A DNA stretch of 64,000 nt, taken from Bryobacterales bacterium. Lineage in GTDB: Bacteria; Acidobacteriota; Terriglobia; Bryobacterales; UBA6623. Where the stretch lies: contig OZ242259.1 in assembly GCA_965207035.1 (NCBI GenBank), forward strand, positions 2,105,454 through 2,169,453. Direction: 5' to 3'. The notes under the pieces are model-generated. The model had not been told where the DNA came from and did no database searches. It saw nothing but the letters and a program-made list of their open reading frames with translations. Position numbers and translations under genes: made by a program. Shown piece by piece: positions 38,437 through 48,500 of this stretch; positions within the stretch are counted from its first letter, which is position 1; each line of letters starts with the position of its first letter.

Positions 38437-39087
38437 CTAGTTGAGCCGGTACGTCACGGCGATCCGGACCCACTTGTTCCAACTGGTCATGCCGCCATCG
38501 ATCCTGACCCCTGCCTTGGGCGTCGGATAGAACGAGAACCCGCCGCGGGGAGAGAACAGAACCGGACGCATCTCGGAAAACCGCAACTCGAACATTCCCG
38601 GACTCACCTCGATCGGGCGCGGCCTGCGTTCCGGACTGGACTCGGCGAAACGGCTCAGACTGTCCACATGCTGCGCGCCCAGGCCATAGCCAGCGAAGAA
38701 GCAAGCTTTCGGTCCGCACCGTCGGTAGAGAACGGTCCCGACAACCATCGTGCGCCTCGTTGTGAACTTGTCGTCGGGCGAACCAGCCAACCTATGGACT
38801 TTCCCCGTCACCACGTCCGCCTCTGCCACCCATCGCCTGGTGAGGGGAACCGTCACGCCTCCGCCAAAGCTGGGCGCGTCACCAATCACGCCATCGTCCG
38901 TGCCAACACGGACCATTCCCGTACCTCCAAAGACCTCCAGCCCGCCAGCCTGTGCTGCAAGAGAGGCAGGCAGGAGCAACAGCAGGGCGGCGCGAAGGAA
39001 GGCGGCAGCGCCAGCCGAAACCGAGAGAGGGGCTCTCTTGCCGGAGCTCACTGGCTCGGCTGCGGTACCGCCGTCACGCATCGTCAC
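38437..39087 (-). CDS. Outer-membrane beta-barrel-type protein (hypothetical)
   Basis: It has the signal-like stretch AAFLRAALLLLLPASLAAQA and an alternating Gly/aromatic beta-strand pattern. Confidence 0.6.
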   Translation of the reverse strand: MTMRDGGTAAEPVSSGKRAPLSVSAGAAAFLRAALLLLLPASLAAQAGGLEVFGGTGMVRVGTDDGVIGDAPSFGGGVTVPLTRRWVAEADVVTGKVHRLAGSPDDKFTTRRTMVVGTVLYRRCGPKACFFAGYGLGAQHVDSLSRFAESSPERRPRPIEVSPGMFELRFSEMRPVLFSPRGGFSFYPTPKAGVRIDGGMTSWNKWVRIAVTYRLN

Positions 39088-39144
39088 GATCCTAGCCGGT
39101 TGGCAGGAAGAGTGCTCGCCCCGGGGAATGAATGCTACGGAAGT

Positions 39145-39678
39145 CTAATCGCTCCAGTTAAATGTGATCCCCACGAGACCGGCAAGATACTGGTTTGTGG
39201 CCCGGACACCGAAGGACACGCCCATTTGCCCCGTAATGGTGACCGCGGACCCGATGCCGTAGTTGAAGCCACTGCGCCGCTCCCAAGCACCAGCGGACCT
39301 GGTGTAGACCGGAAACCGATCAAAGTCGAACCAGGGCAAGATTGGCTCACACCTCTCCGGCGATGAGGCAACACACTTCGAAGCTTGCCGAATCCCTATG
39401 ATCCCAAACACAGCAAGCCTTACAGCGCCCCGCGCGTTACCAAGCCCGAGATCAGCCTCAAAGTTAGTCTGCCGTCTGAGGTCCGGGTCTGGTACGGAGT
39501 CGTCGGTGCTGCGGAGGACCGCCCACCCCAGATAGACACCATTGGAAAATTGGTGACTGACGCCGCCACCAATGGAAGATTTTTCGCCTCCGGCTCCGAA
39601 GATGGAGATATGTTGCGCTGCCGAGGGAGCAACGAACAGGAGGACCAACAGGAATCGGCCAAGTCCTTTGCAGTTCAT
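39145..39678 (-). CDS. Outer-membrane beta-barrel-type protein (hypothetical)
   Basis: The signal peptide is MNCKGLGRFLLVLLFVAPSAAQ, it is Gly/aromatic-rich, and it ends ...GITFNWSD. Confidence 0.65.
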   Translation of the reverse strand: MNCKGLGRFLLVLLFVAPSAAQHISIFGAGGEKSSIGGGVSHQFSNGVYLGWAVLRSTDDSVPDPDLRRQTNFEADLGLGNARGAVRLAVFGIIGIRQASKCVASSPERCEPILPWFDFDRFPVYTRSAGAWERRSGFNYGIGSAVTITGQMGVSFGVRATNQYLAGLVGITFNWSD

Positions 39679-40256
39679 CGGATAGCCTCGAGGTAGCAGT
39701 CCGGAGCGAACTCCTCCACAGCAGGATCCTCTTGGGTTTTGGGGTCCATTCTCTGTCGCGGCGTGCTGATCTCCCGTGTTGCTGTGACGCCGAAGCTGGA
39801 GGGTTCGGTTTCAGCAATTCTGAAATGTCCACTTCGCGCAGAAAGCGGACACGGGGTCGTGGACTACAAGACCGTCGTCTCGAGCACGAAAGAGGCGGAT
39901 CCTGTGGGCGTTATCCAAGGGGTCCCCGGCAAGTGCCCAAAGCAGCGTGAGACGGCCGCAGTCGTTCGCATCTGGATGCCGGCTGACTACAAACGCCGAC
40001 CGCGGACTGATCGGAACCCGATTGGCTCGCCTTGCCGCTGCGACTGTCCAGACCGGAGGATCGGGCCTGCGGGCAGCGGGGTCCACTACAAACCGTAGCT
40101 CTACGAGTATTGCCAGCCCCGTCCCTTGAGCCGAGCAATGCCACAACCAACGCGTGGAGGAGGACATCGTGGATATGCTGCGGGAGATGGCCGGGTGGTA
40201 GTACGCCACAGCCCCGCGGATTCCAGCCTGAACTAGCGTCACCTGCCGGACGCCAG

Positions 40257-40679
40257 TCAGGCACCGTTCCGTTTCATGAGCACCGTGAATCCTTCCTGCT
40301 CGAAATGATGGTCGTTGGTGAGGATTTGCGTGATGGACTCGGCCTCCATCACGTTCATCGATGCGCAGTCCTGGAGACTGTATTCCTTATCGCCGCGGGC
40401 CTCGTAACGATCAAGTGCCCTGGTGAAAGACGATCTGGACTGGAGAATCACGCGCACGGTCGAACCCGACAGAATCGCGCGCACCGTTCGCGCCGCGGCC
40501 GAGCGAACGCGTGGCCCGCCCCTGGAGAGCGCCGCGAGGAACTCGGCAAGCACCTCATCGGTTGTCACGAGCGCAACTGGTCCAAGACGCCGCCGCGCTT
40601 CCCGGGCGGCTGCGCGCCACTGATCGTTCGGGAGAGCCGTGGCGATCCAATAGACCGTATCGGCGAATACGGGCGTCAT
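40257..40679 (-). CDS. PIN-domain toxin (VapC-like)
   Basis: The four acidic positions are FADT, TTDEVLAEF, SLQDC and TNDHHF. The ATG overlaps the upstream gene's stop (ATGA at 40676-40679). Confidence 0.85.
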   Translation of the reverse strand: MTPVFADTVYWIATALPNDQWRAAAREARRRLGPVALVTTDEVLAEFLAALSRGGPRVRSAAARTVRAILSGSTVRVILQSRSSFTRALDRYEARGDKEYSLQDCASMNVMEAESITQILTNDHHFEQEGFTVLMKRNGA

Positions 40680-41509
40680 GTGCCATCGCTCCCATACAGG
40701 TAGTCGTCGAGGCGTTCGGTTAGGTCCTCGGGAAGTCGGGCCAAATCGTCGGCCGTCACCTCCTTGAATGCGGTGGCGATGACATCCTCGATCTCAAGAG
40801 CGCTTCCATTCCCAGGCGGAGCATCGTCACCGATGATATTTCGTACTGCCTCTTCGATCTCGCGCGCATTGGTCAGGAACCACTCTTCGCCTGGCAGGTT
40901 GTTCAGCTTCTGTCCCCGGCTCCTGAACCATGCGTGCAGGAGGGCTTCCCTTTCGCGCGCCTCGCGCTCATCCGCACACCCAAGCCGCAGCAGGTAACGC
41001 GGCCGTTCGGGAAGGTGCTCTTGAAAGTCACACAACCTTCGTTTGAATCCGTCAGGTCCGGCCTTGCCGATCTTGATCGGCCAACGATCGCCTGGATTCA
41101 CTTGGTACTGCGGCAGACACCACGCGTACACTTCACACGGTCCGGTGCCAATCTCGCGCTCGGGAACTGGCTTGCCTTCGCTGGAGGCCTCGCTGCTGGC
41201 AGTGCGTCGATCCGCCACATCGAGGGTCTGGTCGATCACGCCGCCGAAGCCGAGAAACCGATAGCGCCCGCGCATCTCCTTCCGGAAGGGACTGTCGCGA
41301 CCCACCAGCCACTTCTTCAGCACACGAGCCACGGCCTCATTCCCGGTGTTCTGATTCCCACCACGCTTGACGAACTCGTCCCGGAGCGTTTCGGTGATAC
41401 GACTGCGCGCATAAAGCTTGCCCCACTCGAAGAGGCCGGGTTCCTGGCACAATTCACGGGCAACGTGCGCTCCGAATCGCTCCTTGACTAGATCTTCGAT
41501 CAGGTCCAT
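40676..41509 (-). CDS. Multidomain protein: N-terminal wHTH-like region, T5orf172/MUG113 (GIY-YIG superfamily) domain and C-terminal antitoxin-like acidic tail
   Basis: The T5orf172-type motifs are VYAWCL, WPIKIGKAG, FKRRLCDFQ, EALLHAWF and GEEWFLT. The tail is VTADDLARLPEDLTERLDDYLYGSDG. It occupies the antitoxin position of the PIN gene. Confidence 0.75.
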   Translation of the reverse strand: MDLIEDLVKERFGAHVARELCQEPGLFEWGKLYARSRITETLRDEFVKRGGNQNTGNEAVARVLKKWLVGRDSPFRKEMRGRYRFLGFGGVIDQTLDVADRRTASSEASSEGKPVPEREIGTGPCEVYAWCLPQYQVNPGDRWPIKIGKAGPDGFKRRLCDFQEHLPERPRYLLRLGCADEREAREREALLHAWFRSRGQKLNNLPGEEWFLTNAREIEEAVRNIIGDDAPPGNGSALEIEDVIATAFKEVTADDLARLPEDLTERLDDYLYGSDGT

Positions 41510-42045
41510 CGGTACCTTAGTTTCCTATTATGGCACTTAAGGTCCGAACGTTACTTTCGGGTACTACGAAGAAGCTGTCGGTTACAGTGGTCCGCTTCCA
41601 CGCCGGGCACCGTTGGTCTAGTTCCTCGATAGCCTCCACCGGGCGGAGACCTCCGTGGGCGACCTCGCCGACGACGAGACCGTCGTTCTGGGCACCGAGA
41701 CGGGCTCCGTGTGATCGGTCCGATGGATCTTGCTCCCCGCAGAGCCGGAGCTCGTCGGGCGCGCCCCCCTGCTTGCCGGTGGGAAGGGTTTGGCGGGGAA
41801 CGACCCAGGAACGCCGGTGACGCTTGTGCCCTCGAACATTGCGGGGGCAACATGCACACCACCGCGGTTGTCACCGGCCGAGCACCCGATGCAAAACGGC
41901 GAATTCCCCCTCCACGATCGATCGCGGCTCCGGATTGGGTCGGTGTGCATTCCTCGAACGAGCATCGTCCCCTTCTGACTCTTCGGGTCCGATAGCCGAG
42001 ATCCCCAAACTATAGAGAGAATTAGATGGAAAACCATAATACTGC

Positions 42046-42051
42046 TATAAT
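42046..42051 (+). promoter_or_regulatory. Perfect -10 box (TATAAT) 6 nt upstream of the vapB ATG, suggesting a leaderless transcript
   Basis: The sequence is gcTATAATtacagaATG. There is no SD and no good -35 (ttagat). Confidence 0.35.
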
Positions 42052-42057
42052 TACAGA

Positions 42058-42330
42058 ATGAAAACCACTCTTGATCTGCCCGATGAATTGATGCGTGCAG
42101 TCAAGGTGCAGGCGGCCGAGAACGATCTGAAGCTCAAGGATTTCGTTGCCGATCTACTACGGCTGGGGCTGGCCGCGATGTCGGCGGGGAGGCCGACGGT
42201 CCGGAACCGGATCCAGTTCCCGCTTGTAACGTGCACGCATCCAGCAAGGCCGGGTGAGGAGCTCACCCCGGATCGCGTTGCGACGATCCTAGCGGAGGGG
42301 GAGGTGCCCGATCTTGATACTGTGCGATAG
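42058..42330 (+). CDS. vapB: VapB-type antitoxin
   Basis: It starts MKTTLDLPDELMRAVKVQAAENDLKLKDFVADLL and overlaps the downstream PIN gene by 17 nt. Confidence 0.8.
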   Translation: MKTTLDLPDELMRAVKVQAAENDLKLKDFVADLLRLGLAAMSAGRPTVRNRIQFPLVTCTHPARPGEELTPDRVATILAEGEVPDLDTVR

Positions 42331-42766
42331 CAACGTCTGGCTGGCCTTGGTGCTTTCTGAACACCAGCACCATCGTGCGGCGACAGGTTGGCTTGCCACC
42401 ATCGACGAGCCAGGAGTTGTATGCTTTTGCCGGGCGACGCAACAGTCGCTTCTGAGGCTGCTCACCACCGCGGCCGTCATGCGCCCGTATGGCGACCCTC
42501 CGCTCACGAATCGGCAAGCTTGGCGACTATACGAACACCTCCTGAGCGATGACCGGATCGTCCTGCAAGCCGACGAACCGACTCGGCTTGAGACGCGTTG
42601 GAAATCGCTATCGGCAAGCGATATCGCATCTCCCAAGACGTGGATGGACACGTACCTCGCAGGCTTCGCTCTCGCCGGAGGGTACACGCTTGTCACGACC
42701 GACGCGGCGTTTACTGAGTTCGCGGGTCTGGACCTCACGCTCGTGGGAGAGCATGCGACCTCATGA
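42314..42766 (+). CDS. vapC: PIN-domain toxin VapC
   Basis: It has a TTG start and reads ILCDSNVWLAL..., ...ATQQSLLRLL... and ...LVTTDAAF.... Confidence 0.85.
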   Translation: MILCDSNVWLALVLSEHQHHRAATGWLATIDEPGVVCFCRATQQSLLRLLTTAAVMRPYGDPPLTNRQAWRLYEHLLSDDRIVLQADEPTRLETRWKSLSASDIASPKTWMDTYLAGFALAGGYTLVTTDAAFTEFAGLDLTLVGEHATS

Positions 42767-42856
42767 CCAGCGTGTCCGGCAGGGAGGCTTCTGGGCTGAC
42801 GGGTTCCCGCCCCTTGGAGTTTGTGGAAAGCCTTGGCTAACGACTACGCGTCGATT

Positions 42857-43123
42857 TCACCGGTATACCTTGTCACGGCTTCCAATCCGTACGACCAAGA
42901 CCCGCAAAGCATCGTCCCGAATGCTGCAGATCAGGCGGCGATTCCCCACCCGATATCGCCACCACTCACCCAGTGGTCCGAATCGGGCCTTGCCCATGCT
43001 CGGAGGTTCCTTCGCTCGCGCAACCCGTTCGTCCATGCAATTGACAATGCGTCGAGCCATTTGCTTGGCGAGCTTGCGAAGCTGGTTCCTTGCGGAGGCG
43101 GTATTCTCGATCGTCCAATTCAA
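42857..43123 (-). CDS. RelE/ParE-family toxin
   Basis: It reads MNWTIENTASARNQLRKLAKQMARRI...GEWWRYRVGNRRLICSIRDDALRVLVVRIGSRDKVY. Confidence 0.8.
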   Translation of the reverse strand: MNWTIENTASARNQLRKLAKQMARRIVNCMDERVARAKEPPSMGKARFGPLGEWWRYRVGNRRLICSIRDDALRVLVVRIGSRDKVYR

Positions 43124-43334
43124 GGAAATTCCTCACCTCAGCTGAGGAATACACTTTCTCGTTGCCCTTACGAAGGCGCTCCAGTACATCCGCGGCTAGG
43201 TAGTAGTCCTCCAAATCCCCAAGGCCGCGCTGGATCAGCTCGCGCAAGTAGAAAGCCTTGGTGCGGCCAGTCTGCGAGGCCAGAAAGTCAAGCCGGTGTT
43301 CGGTTTCAGGGGCAAGTCGAATTGAAGTCGCCAT
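42966..43334 (-). CDS. RHH (CopG/RelB-like) antitoxin; the annotated ORF reads 158 nt into the toxin gene
   Basis: It starts MATSIRLAPETEHRLDFLASQTGRTKAFYLRELIQRGLGDLEDYYLAADVLERLRKG. There is no stop near the toxin start, so the C-terminal ~50 aa are out-of-frame toxin DNA. Confidence 0.7.
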   Translation of the reverse strand: MATSIRLAPETEHRLDFLASQTGRTKAFYLRELIQRGLGDLEDYYLAADVLERLRKGNEKVYSSAEVRNFLELDDREYRLRKEPASQARQANGSTHCQLHGRTGCASEGTSEHGQGPIRTTG

Positions 43335-43373
43335 GTTGCCGGGTCCTCCATGAGGCGGTCCCGTCGTACAAGC

Positions 43374-44825
43374 TCAATCGAAGCACTCCACATAGCCGGA
43401 CTGGACACATTTCTTCGCTGGCGCATATCCCTGCTTTGCGGCCAACCCGTACAAACGGATCGCTTCGTCAAGATCTCTAGGAATTCCCTCCCCTTTCTGG
43501 TAAAGGAGGCCGAGCCTGTACTGTGCCAGGAAGTGCCCTCGATCGGCCGCGAGGCGATACCAGCGAACCGTTTCGGCCGTGTCCTTAGGCACTCCCCGGC
43601 CACGGTGGTGAAGATAGCCGAGCCTCGTCTGGGACCTGAGGTCACCTCGGTCTGCCGCGACGCTATACCAGCGAACTGCCTCGTCAAGATCCTGTACGCC
43701 CTCCAATCCAGCTTCGTACCAGAGCCCGAGTTGGTGCTGCGCAAGGCGATACCCTTGTTCGGCTGCGAGGCGGTACCACCGAACAGCCTCGGTCGTGTCC
43801 GAGTACACACCCCAGCCATGGAAGTAATGATGACCGAGGTAGTACTGGGCCCTCGCGTATCCTTGGTCGGCCGCGAGGCGCTGCCAGCGGATTGCCTCAT
43901 CAAAGTCCTTCGAGACCCCCTCACCTTCCAGGTACATTGAACCGAGAAATGACTGTCCAGCCGCTGATCCTTGCTCGGCAGCCAGTCGGTACCAACGAGT
44001 TGCTTCGACAAGATCCAATGGAACCCCCCTCCCTCTGCGATAGGCAGCGCCCATGGCAACCTGGCCGGAAGCGTCTCCCTGTTCGGCAGCGAGCCGGTAC
44101 CAGCGAACGGACTCAGCGAAATCTCTGGGCACACCCTGTCCGATCGAGTGCACCCATCCAAGGCACCACTGTGCCCCAGGGTTTCCCTGCCCTGCAGCCA
44201 ATCGATACAGGCGGACAGCTTCGACATAGTCCTTGGGAACGCCGTGTCCCAGACGATACTTATTGCCCAGATTGAACCTTGCGCTGGCGTTCCCTTGGTC
44301 CGCAGCCAGTCGATACCAGCGAATACCCTCGGAATAATCCCTTGGCACGCCTTGTCCCCTAAAGTACTTGTGCCCAAGATTGACCTGAGCAACGGCATGT
44401 CCCTGCTCGGCAGCTAGTCGGTACCAGCGAACAGATTCGGCAGAGTCTTTGGGCACGCCCTGGCCGTAGTGGTGGAGGTAGCCGAGTCGGAACTGGGCTC
44501 CACGGTTGCCTTGGTCTGCCGCGAGACGGTACCAATGGACGGCCTTGTCAATGTCTTCGGGGACACCGGTAGCTGTGTAGTACATCAATCCAAGCCTGGC
44601 CTGCGCCTCGGGCACGCCTCGCTCCGCGAGTCCCGTTAGAATCCGCAACGCCGAAGCGTAGTCCTTCGCCTTCACCGCCGAGTCTGCCTGCTCAATGCTC
44701 AAGTCCACCGGTGGCGGAGGAGTAGCCACCTTGTTCTGAGGTGGTGATGCGCAACCCGTCAGAGCGAGAGCAGCCACAGCAACCAGGGCCGGTGGGCAAG
44801 ATCCTCTGATAATGAATCCAGTCAA
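43374..44825 (-). CDS. Sel1-repeat (SLR/TPR-like) lipoprotein
   Basis: The lipobox is LALTGC. It has more than 10 tandem ~36-aa repeats of the type A.RWYRLAA.QG.A.AQ..LG..Y..G.GVP.D. Confidence 0.9.
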   Translation of the reverse strand: MTGFIIRGSCPPALVAVAALALTGCASPPQNKVATPPPPVDLSIEQADSAVKAKDYASALRILTGLAERGVPEAQARLGLMYYTATGVPEDIDKAVHWYRLAADQGNRGAQFRLGYLHHYGQGVPKDSAESVRWYRLAAEQGHAVAQVNLGHKYFRGQGVPRDYSEGIRWYRLAADQGNASARFNLGNKYRLGHGVPKDYVEAVRLYRLAAGQGNPGAQWCLGWVHSIGQGVPRDFAESVRWYRLAAEQGDASGQVAMGAAYRRGRGVPLDLVEATRWYRLAAEQGSAAGQSFLGSMYLEGEGVSKDFDEAIRWQRLAADQGYARAQYYLGHHYFHGWGVYSDTTEAVRWYRLAAEQGYRLAQHQLGLWYEAGLEGVQDLDEAVRWYSVAADRGDLRSQTRLGYLHHRGRGVPKDTAETVRWYRLAADRGHFLAQYRLGLLYQKGEGIPRDLDEAIRLYGLAAKQGYAPAKKCVQSGYVECFD

Positions 44826-44827
44826 GC

Positions 44828-45139
44828 CTAGGCCTTCAACACCTGTTCCTCAACAGGCTGGCTATTTGATATTAACCCCTCCCCGAGAGCAACTCTTGAC
44901 ACCGTGGCTGACATCGGTGCAGCGCGAGCAGTGCCCGGTCCTCGCAGGGGTTTCGAGACGATAGCGTTTGCGGCCCGTCGACTGTTGAAACTCCCTGTTT
45001 CGGTGACGGGATCGTCCAACATCCAGGGCAATTGTACTCGTGCGACAACATCATGATCGGCGCGGACGAGTACAAGGTACGAGTTGGCGGGAAGCGCCTT
45101 CGGCCGCCCGGGATCGCTGAGTTGGCGCAGCTGCTTCAA
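44828..45139 (-). CDS. Hypothetical protein (103 aa)
   Basis: It ends 3 nt before the Sel1 start. I recognise no family and its coding quality is unclear. Confidence 0.3.
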   Translation of the reverse strand: MKQLRQLSDPGRPKALPANSYLVLVRADHDVVARVQLPWMLDDPVTETGSFNSRRAANAIVSKPLRGPGTARAAPMSATVSRVALGEGLISNSQPVEEQVLKA

Positions 45140-45513
45140 TCAGGGAGGCGACTGCACTCGTTCGAACTCGTTCTGTCGGTTTGCATCGGAAGGCGGCCAG
45201 CCGTCCCAAAGAGACGATCCAGTGTGATTACAGCACGGGGTCAGGCTTCCGCGAGGACCCCGCCGTTGAAGGCGGAGGCCGTGTGTTGCCAGGCGGGCAT
45301 TCTCTGATGGAGATTCGGATGATGTCCTATTCTTAAGAGCGCAAATCAGAAACGCAGGAAAGTGCTGCAGTCGTAGCTGGATGCGGTGAGAGGCGGTTAG
45401 CACTCTCTAGTTCGAGCCAATCTACCGGGGCTGCCTCGTGCAGAACTCGACTTGAAGTCTGTTGTCCAGTAGTGCCTAGACGATTTCAGATTCGGGGAGT
45501 GACCGGTTGGGCG

Positions 45514-48500
45514 ATGTGCCGCCGGTCGGCTCTGCTGCGATTTCAGCCGCCGGGCCTGACCCTAAGTGTGGCGACATTCGTTCTTGCATTGCTCAACCCG
45601 TTGGTCCTTGTCGCCGACGACCGCGCAATCGAGTCAGAACACCCCCTGAATGGCTCGACCGGGGTAGCCATCTTCGGCGGCGAGGCCCTGCACTACGAAG
45701 TCATCGACGGCATCGCAATCCACGACGGAGATATGGTCCTGGGCACGGTCGAGGAGGTCGTCGAAGCCACTCGCAGATGGCGGTCCAGAAAGGCGGTCAC
45801 GGGTAGCTTGCCCGACCGCAGGGAACTTTCGCCCGAGGGTGGGGATTACCTCTGGCCGGATGGAATCATCCCGTACGAGATCGAGCCGGGCTTTACAGCA
45901 AGAGCCCTGCAAGACATCGAAACAGCGATCCACGAATGGAATTCCAGGACAGTCCTGACCCTGGTGGAAAGGACAGACGAGTCTTCGTTCGTCCAGTTCC
46001 GGCCCAGATCGTCAACCCCGTCGGGATCGAGCTGCAGCGCAGCTGTTGGCTATCGGGCCGGGGCGCGTGCAGTTTGGCTTCTGGGTCCCCGGGGCTGCGG
46101 GGTGAGCGCTACGGTCCATGAAATCGGGCACTCCGCGGGCCTGCGCCACGAGCACCAACGCAAGGATCGGGACCGACACGTTCAGGTTTCCGACCTGCTG
46201 CGCACTGGGCCGAGCAGGTTTTCCTATTCCAACATCCGCCCGGTGGGTGGCCAGTACGACTACGCTTCGGTGATGCACTACTCGGGAGGAATCGAAACGA
46301 TTCCTCCCGGCATGCCAATCAGAACGTCGACACGGTTGTCCGCTGGGGATATCGACGGTGTCGCGCGAATGTACGGAATGCCGCCGACCGCGACAACAAT
46401 CTCGACGAATCCGCCGGGACTGGAGATCGTCGTCGATGGGGAGCGCGTTGTAACGCCCGCCAGTTTCGACTGGGATGCCGGAAGCGAGCACGTGCTGCGA
46501 GTCCCGTCTCCGCAATCATTCGGATCCGTACGTTATGTCTTCGGACGCTGGAACGACGGAGAGGATTCCGAGCGGACGATTACGTCCGACCCGGAGATGA
46601 CCTGGTACGAGGCGAGCTTCATCGTGCAGAAGCAGTTCTTCACTTGTGCCACACCAGGGGAAGCCGGTTACGTCACCGTGCGTACGGAATCGAGCGGCGG
46701 CTTCCACACCGTGGGCGCGCCGATCGAGTTTGAAGCGGTCCCGAAGCCGGACAGCGACCTTCAGTTCACGGATTGGGACTGGGACAACACCACGACTAGG
46801 CACGGGGAGTCCACGAATCCCGCTACGGTCGCGAGCGTCAGTCGCGCAAGCGGCTGGACGACATACCAAGCCAACTTCAAGGCTGGTCCATTCTTCGTGA
46901 TCGACACGGACATGGACCGGGCGTGGATTCGAACAGACGGGAGAGTCCGGAATCTGCCGTACGCTGTCCACGCGGCGGAGCATCAGGAAGGCATTGGCGT
47001 CGACGCACCCGAGACGATTTATGTGAGTAGCGGAGTCCGGTACCGCTTCAAAGGATGGAGCGACGGTGGGGAGAGGGCTCACACGGTCAACGTGCCGACG
47101 ACAGGCGGATCCCTGCGACTGGATCTTGCCCGGGAGTATCTCGTCTTCGGGCGCCCGATCGGCAGAAGTGACAGGGACGCCGCGCTGCAGATCACGCCGG
47201 AGTCCGAAGACGGCTACTACGAAGAAGGGACGCAGGTGACGATGACGGCCGTTCCAACGTCGGATCGGCCTTTCGCTGGGTGGGTCGGTGCGGTATCCAG
47301 TTCCGATTTGGTCCAGACCGTTCAGGCGGACGGTCCCAAAGCCCTATGGCCCGTCTTTGCCGAAAGCCTGCCAGTGACTCCTGGAGAATCCACCGCGGTG
47401 ACGCTCGCGGCTACCGATCAACTCGAACTCCATAACCGCTCGGACGGGTTCAACGTCCTTGTGCCGAGCGACGCGGAGGCGTTGACCGTGACCTTCCAGT
47501 CGGCCACGCCCGGAGCTGAGGTCGATCTGTACATGTCTCTTGGCCGGGAGGTCGCAGCACAGCTAGGCGATAACGGAGAGACGGAAGCGATCATTGCGGA
47601 CTTCGAGTCGACAGCGACGGGTGCCGGCGAGACCATCACCATCAACCGGAATTCCGTCCCGCCGCTGATCGACGAAATCTACTACATTGGCCTGGCGGTC
47701 CATCCGACACAGACGGAAATCCAGGGCACGCTGTCAGTGGAGGTCCGGCGGAGCGGGATCACCGGAGCGAGTCCGACGGCGCTGACATTCATCAGCAGCA
47801 ACACGAGCGATCCAGCTTCCCAGACCGTCCGGCTGAGCCACCACGTGACCGGTTCGGTCCGGTACCGGATCGATTCCAGCCTCGCATCGGTTACGGTCGC
47901 CCCACAGGAATGGGTCCAAACGGAATCAGGAACGACTGACATTGCGGTGGCTGTGAACAATGCGGGTCAGGATCTCGGATCCCACCACGGAACGTTGACA
48001 GTTGTCCAAGTGAGAGAAGACGACACGCTCTCCACGGGGATAGAGATCCCGGTCATGGTGGGCATCATTGACGGCAATCCGAACAACACGAGCGCCCCGA
48101 GAATCAGCCGTGTTCGTCTCACCACCCGCCCGGTGGTCGGGAACACTTACGTTGAGGCCGCGCCAATCGAGGTCGAGGTGCAATTCGGGGAACCCGTCGA
48201 GGTTACGGGGACGCCCCGTCTGGCTCTCACCGTGGGCGATCAGACTCGGCAAGCGGACGGCGTGGGGAGTGACACGAACCAGTGCGGAGGATTCGAGCGG
48301 ATGTCGTTCCGCTACGAAGTGCAGACCGAGGACCGGGACCCGGACGGTATCGGGATTGGGGCCGATGCCCTGACGCTCAACGGCGGTACCATCCGGAGCC
48401 TGGCCGGGACGGACGCGAATCTCGATCTGGGCACTCATGCCATCGCCACCGCGCGGGGACACAGTGTGGACGGCAGGCTGGGGATCGCACCAAGGGTCGT

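Noticed and set aside
39811-40242. A 143-aa minus-strand ORF (GTG start) directly downstream of the PIN gene, possibly a third gene of the T5orf172/PIN operon.
   Set aside because: It has no recognisable motifs and odd composition, and an overlapping plus-strand ORF is equally long. I left it unannotated, and it would need homology or expression evidence.
43235-44398. A 387-aa minus-strand ORF in an alternative frame of the Sel1 gene. The alternative-frame ORF at 24367-25335 inside the transporter is a similar case.
   Set aside because: Both are out-of-frame overlaps with genes that show strong repeat or TM signatures, and neither has motifs of its own.
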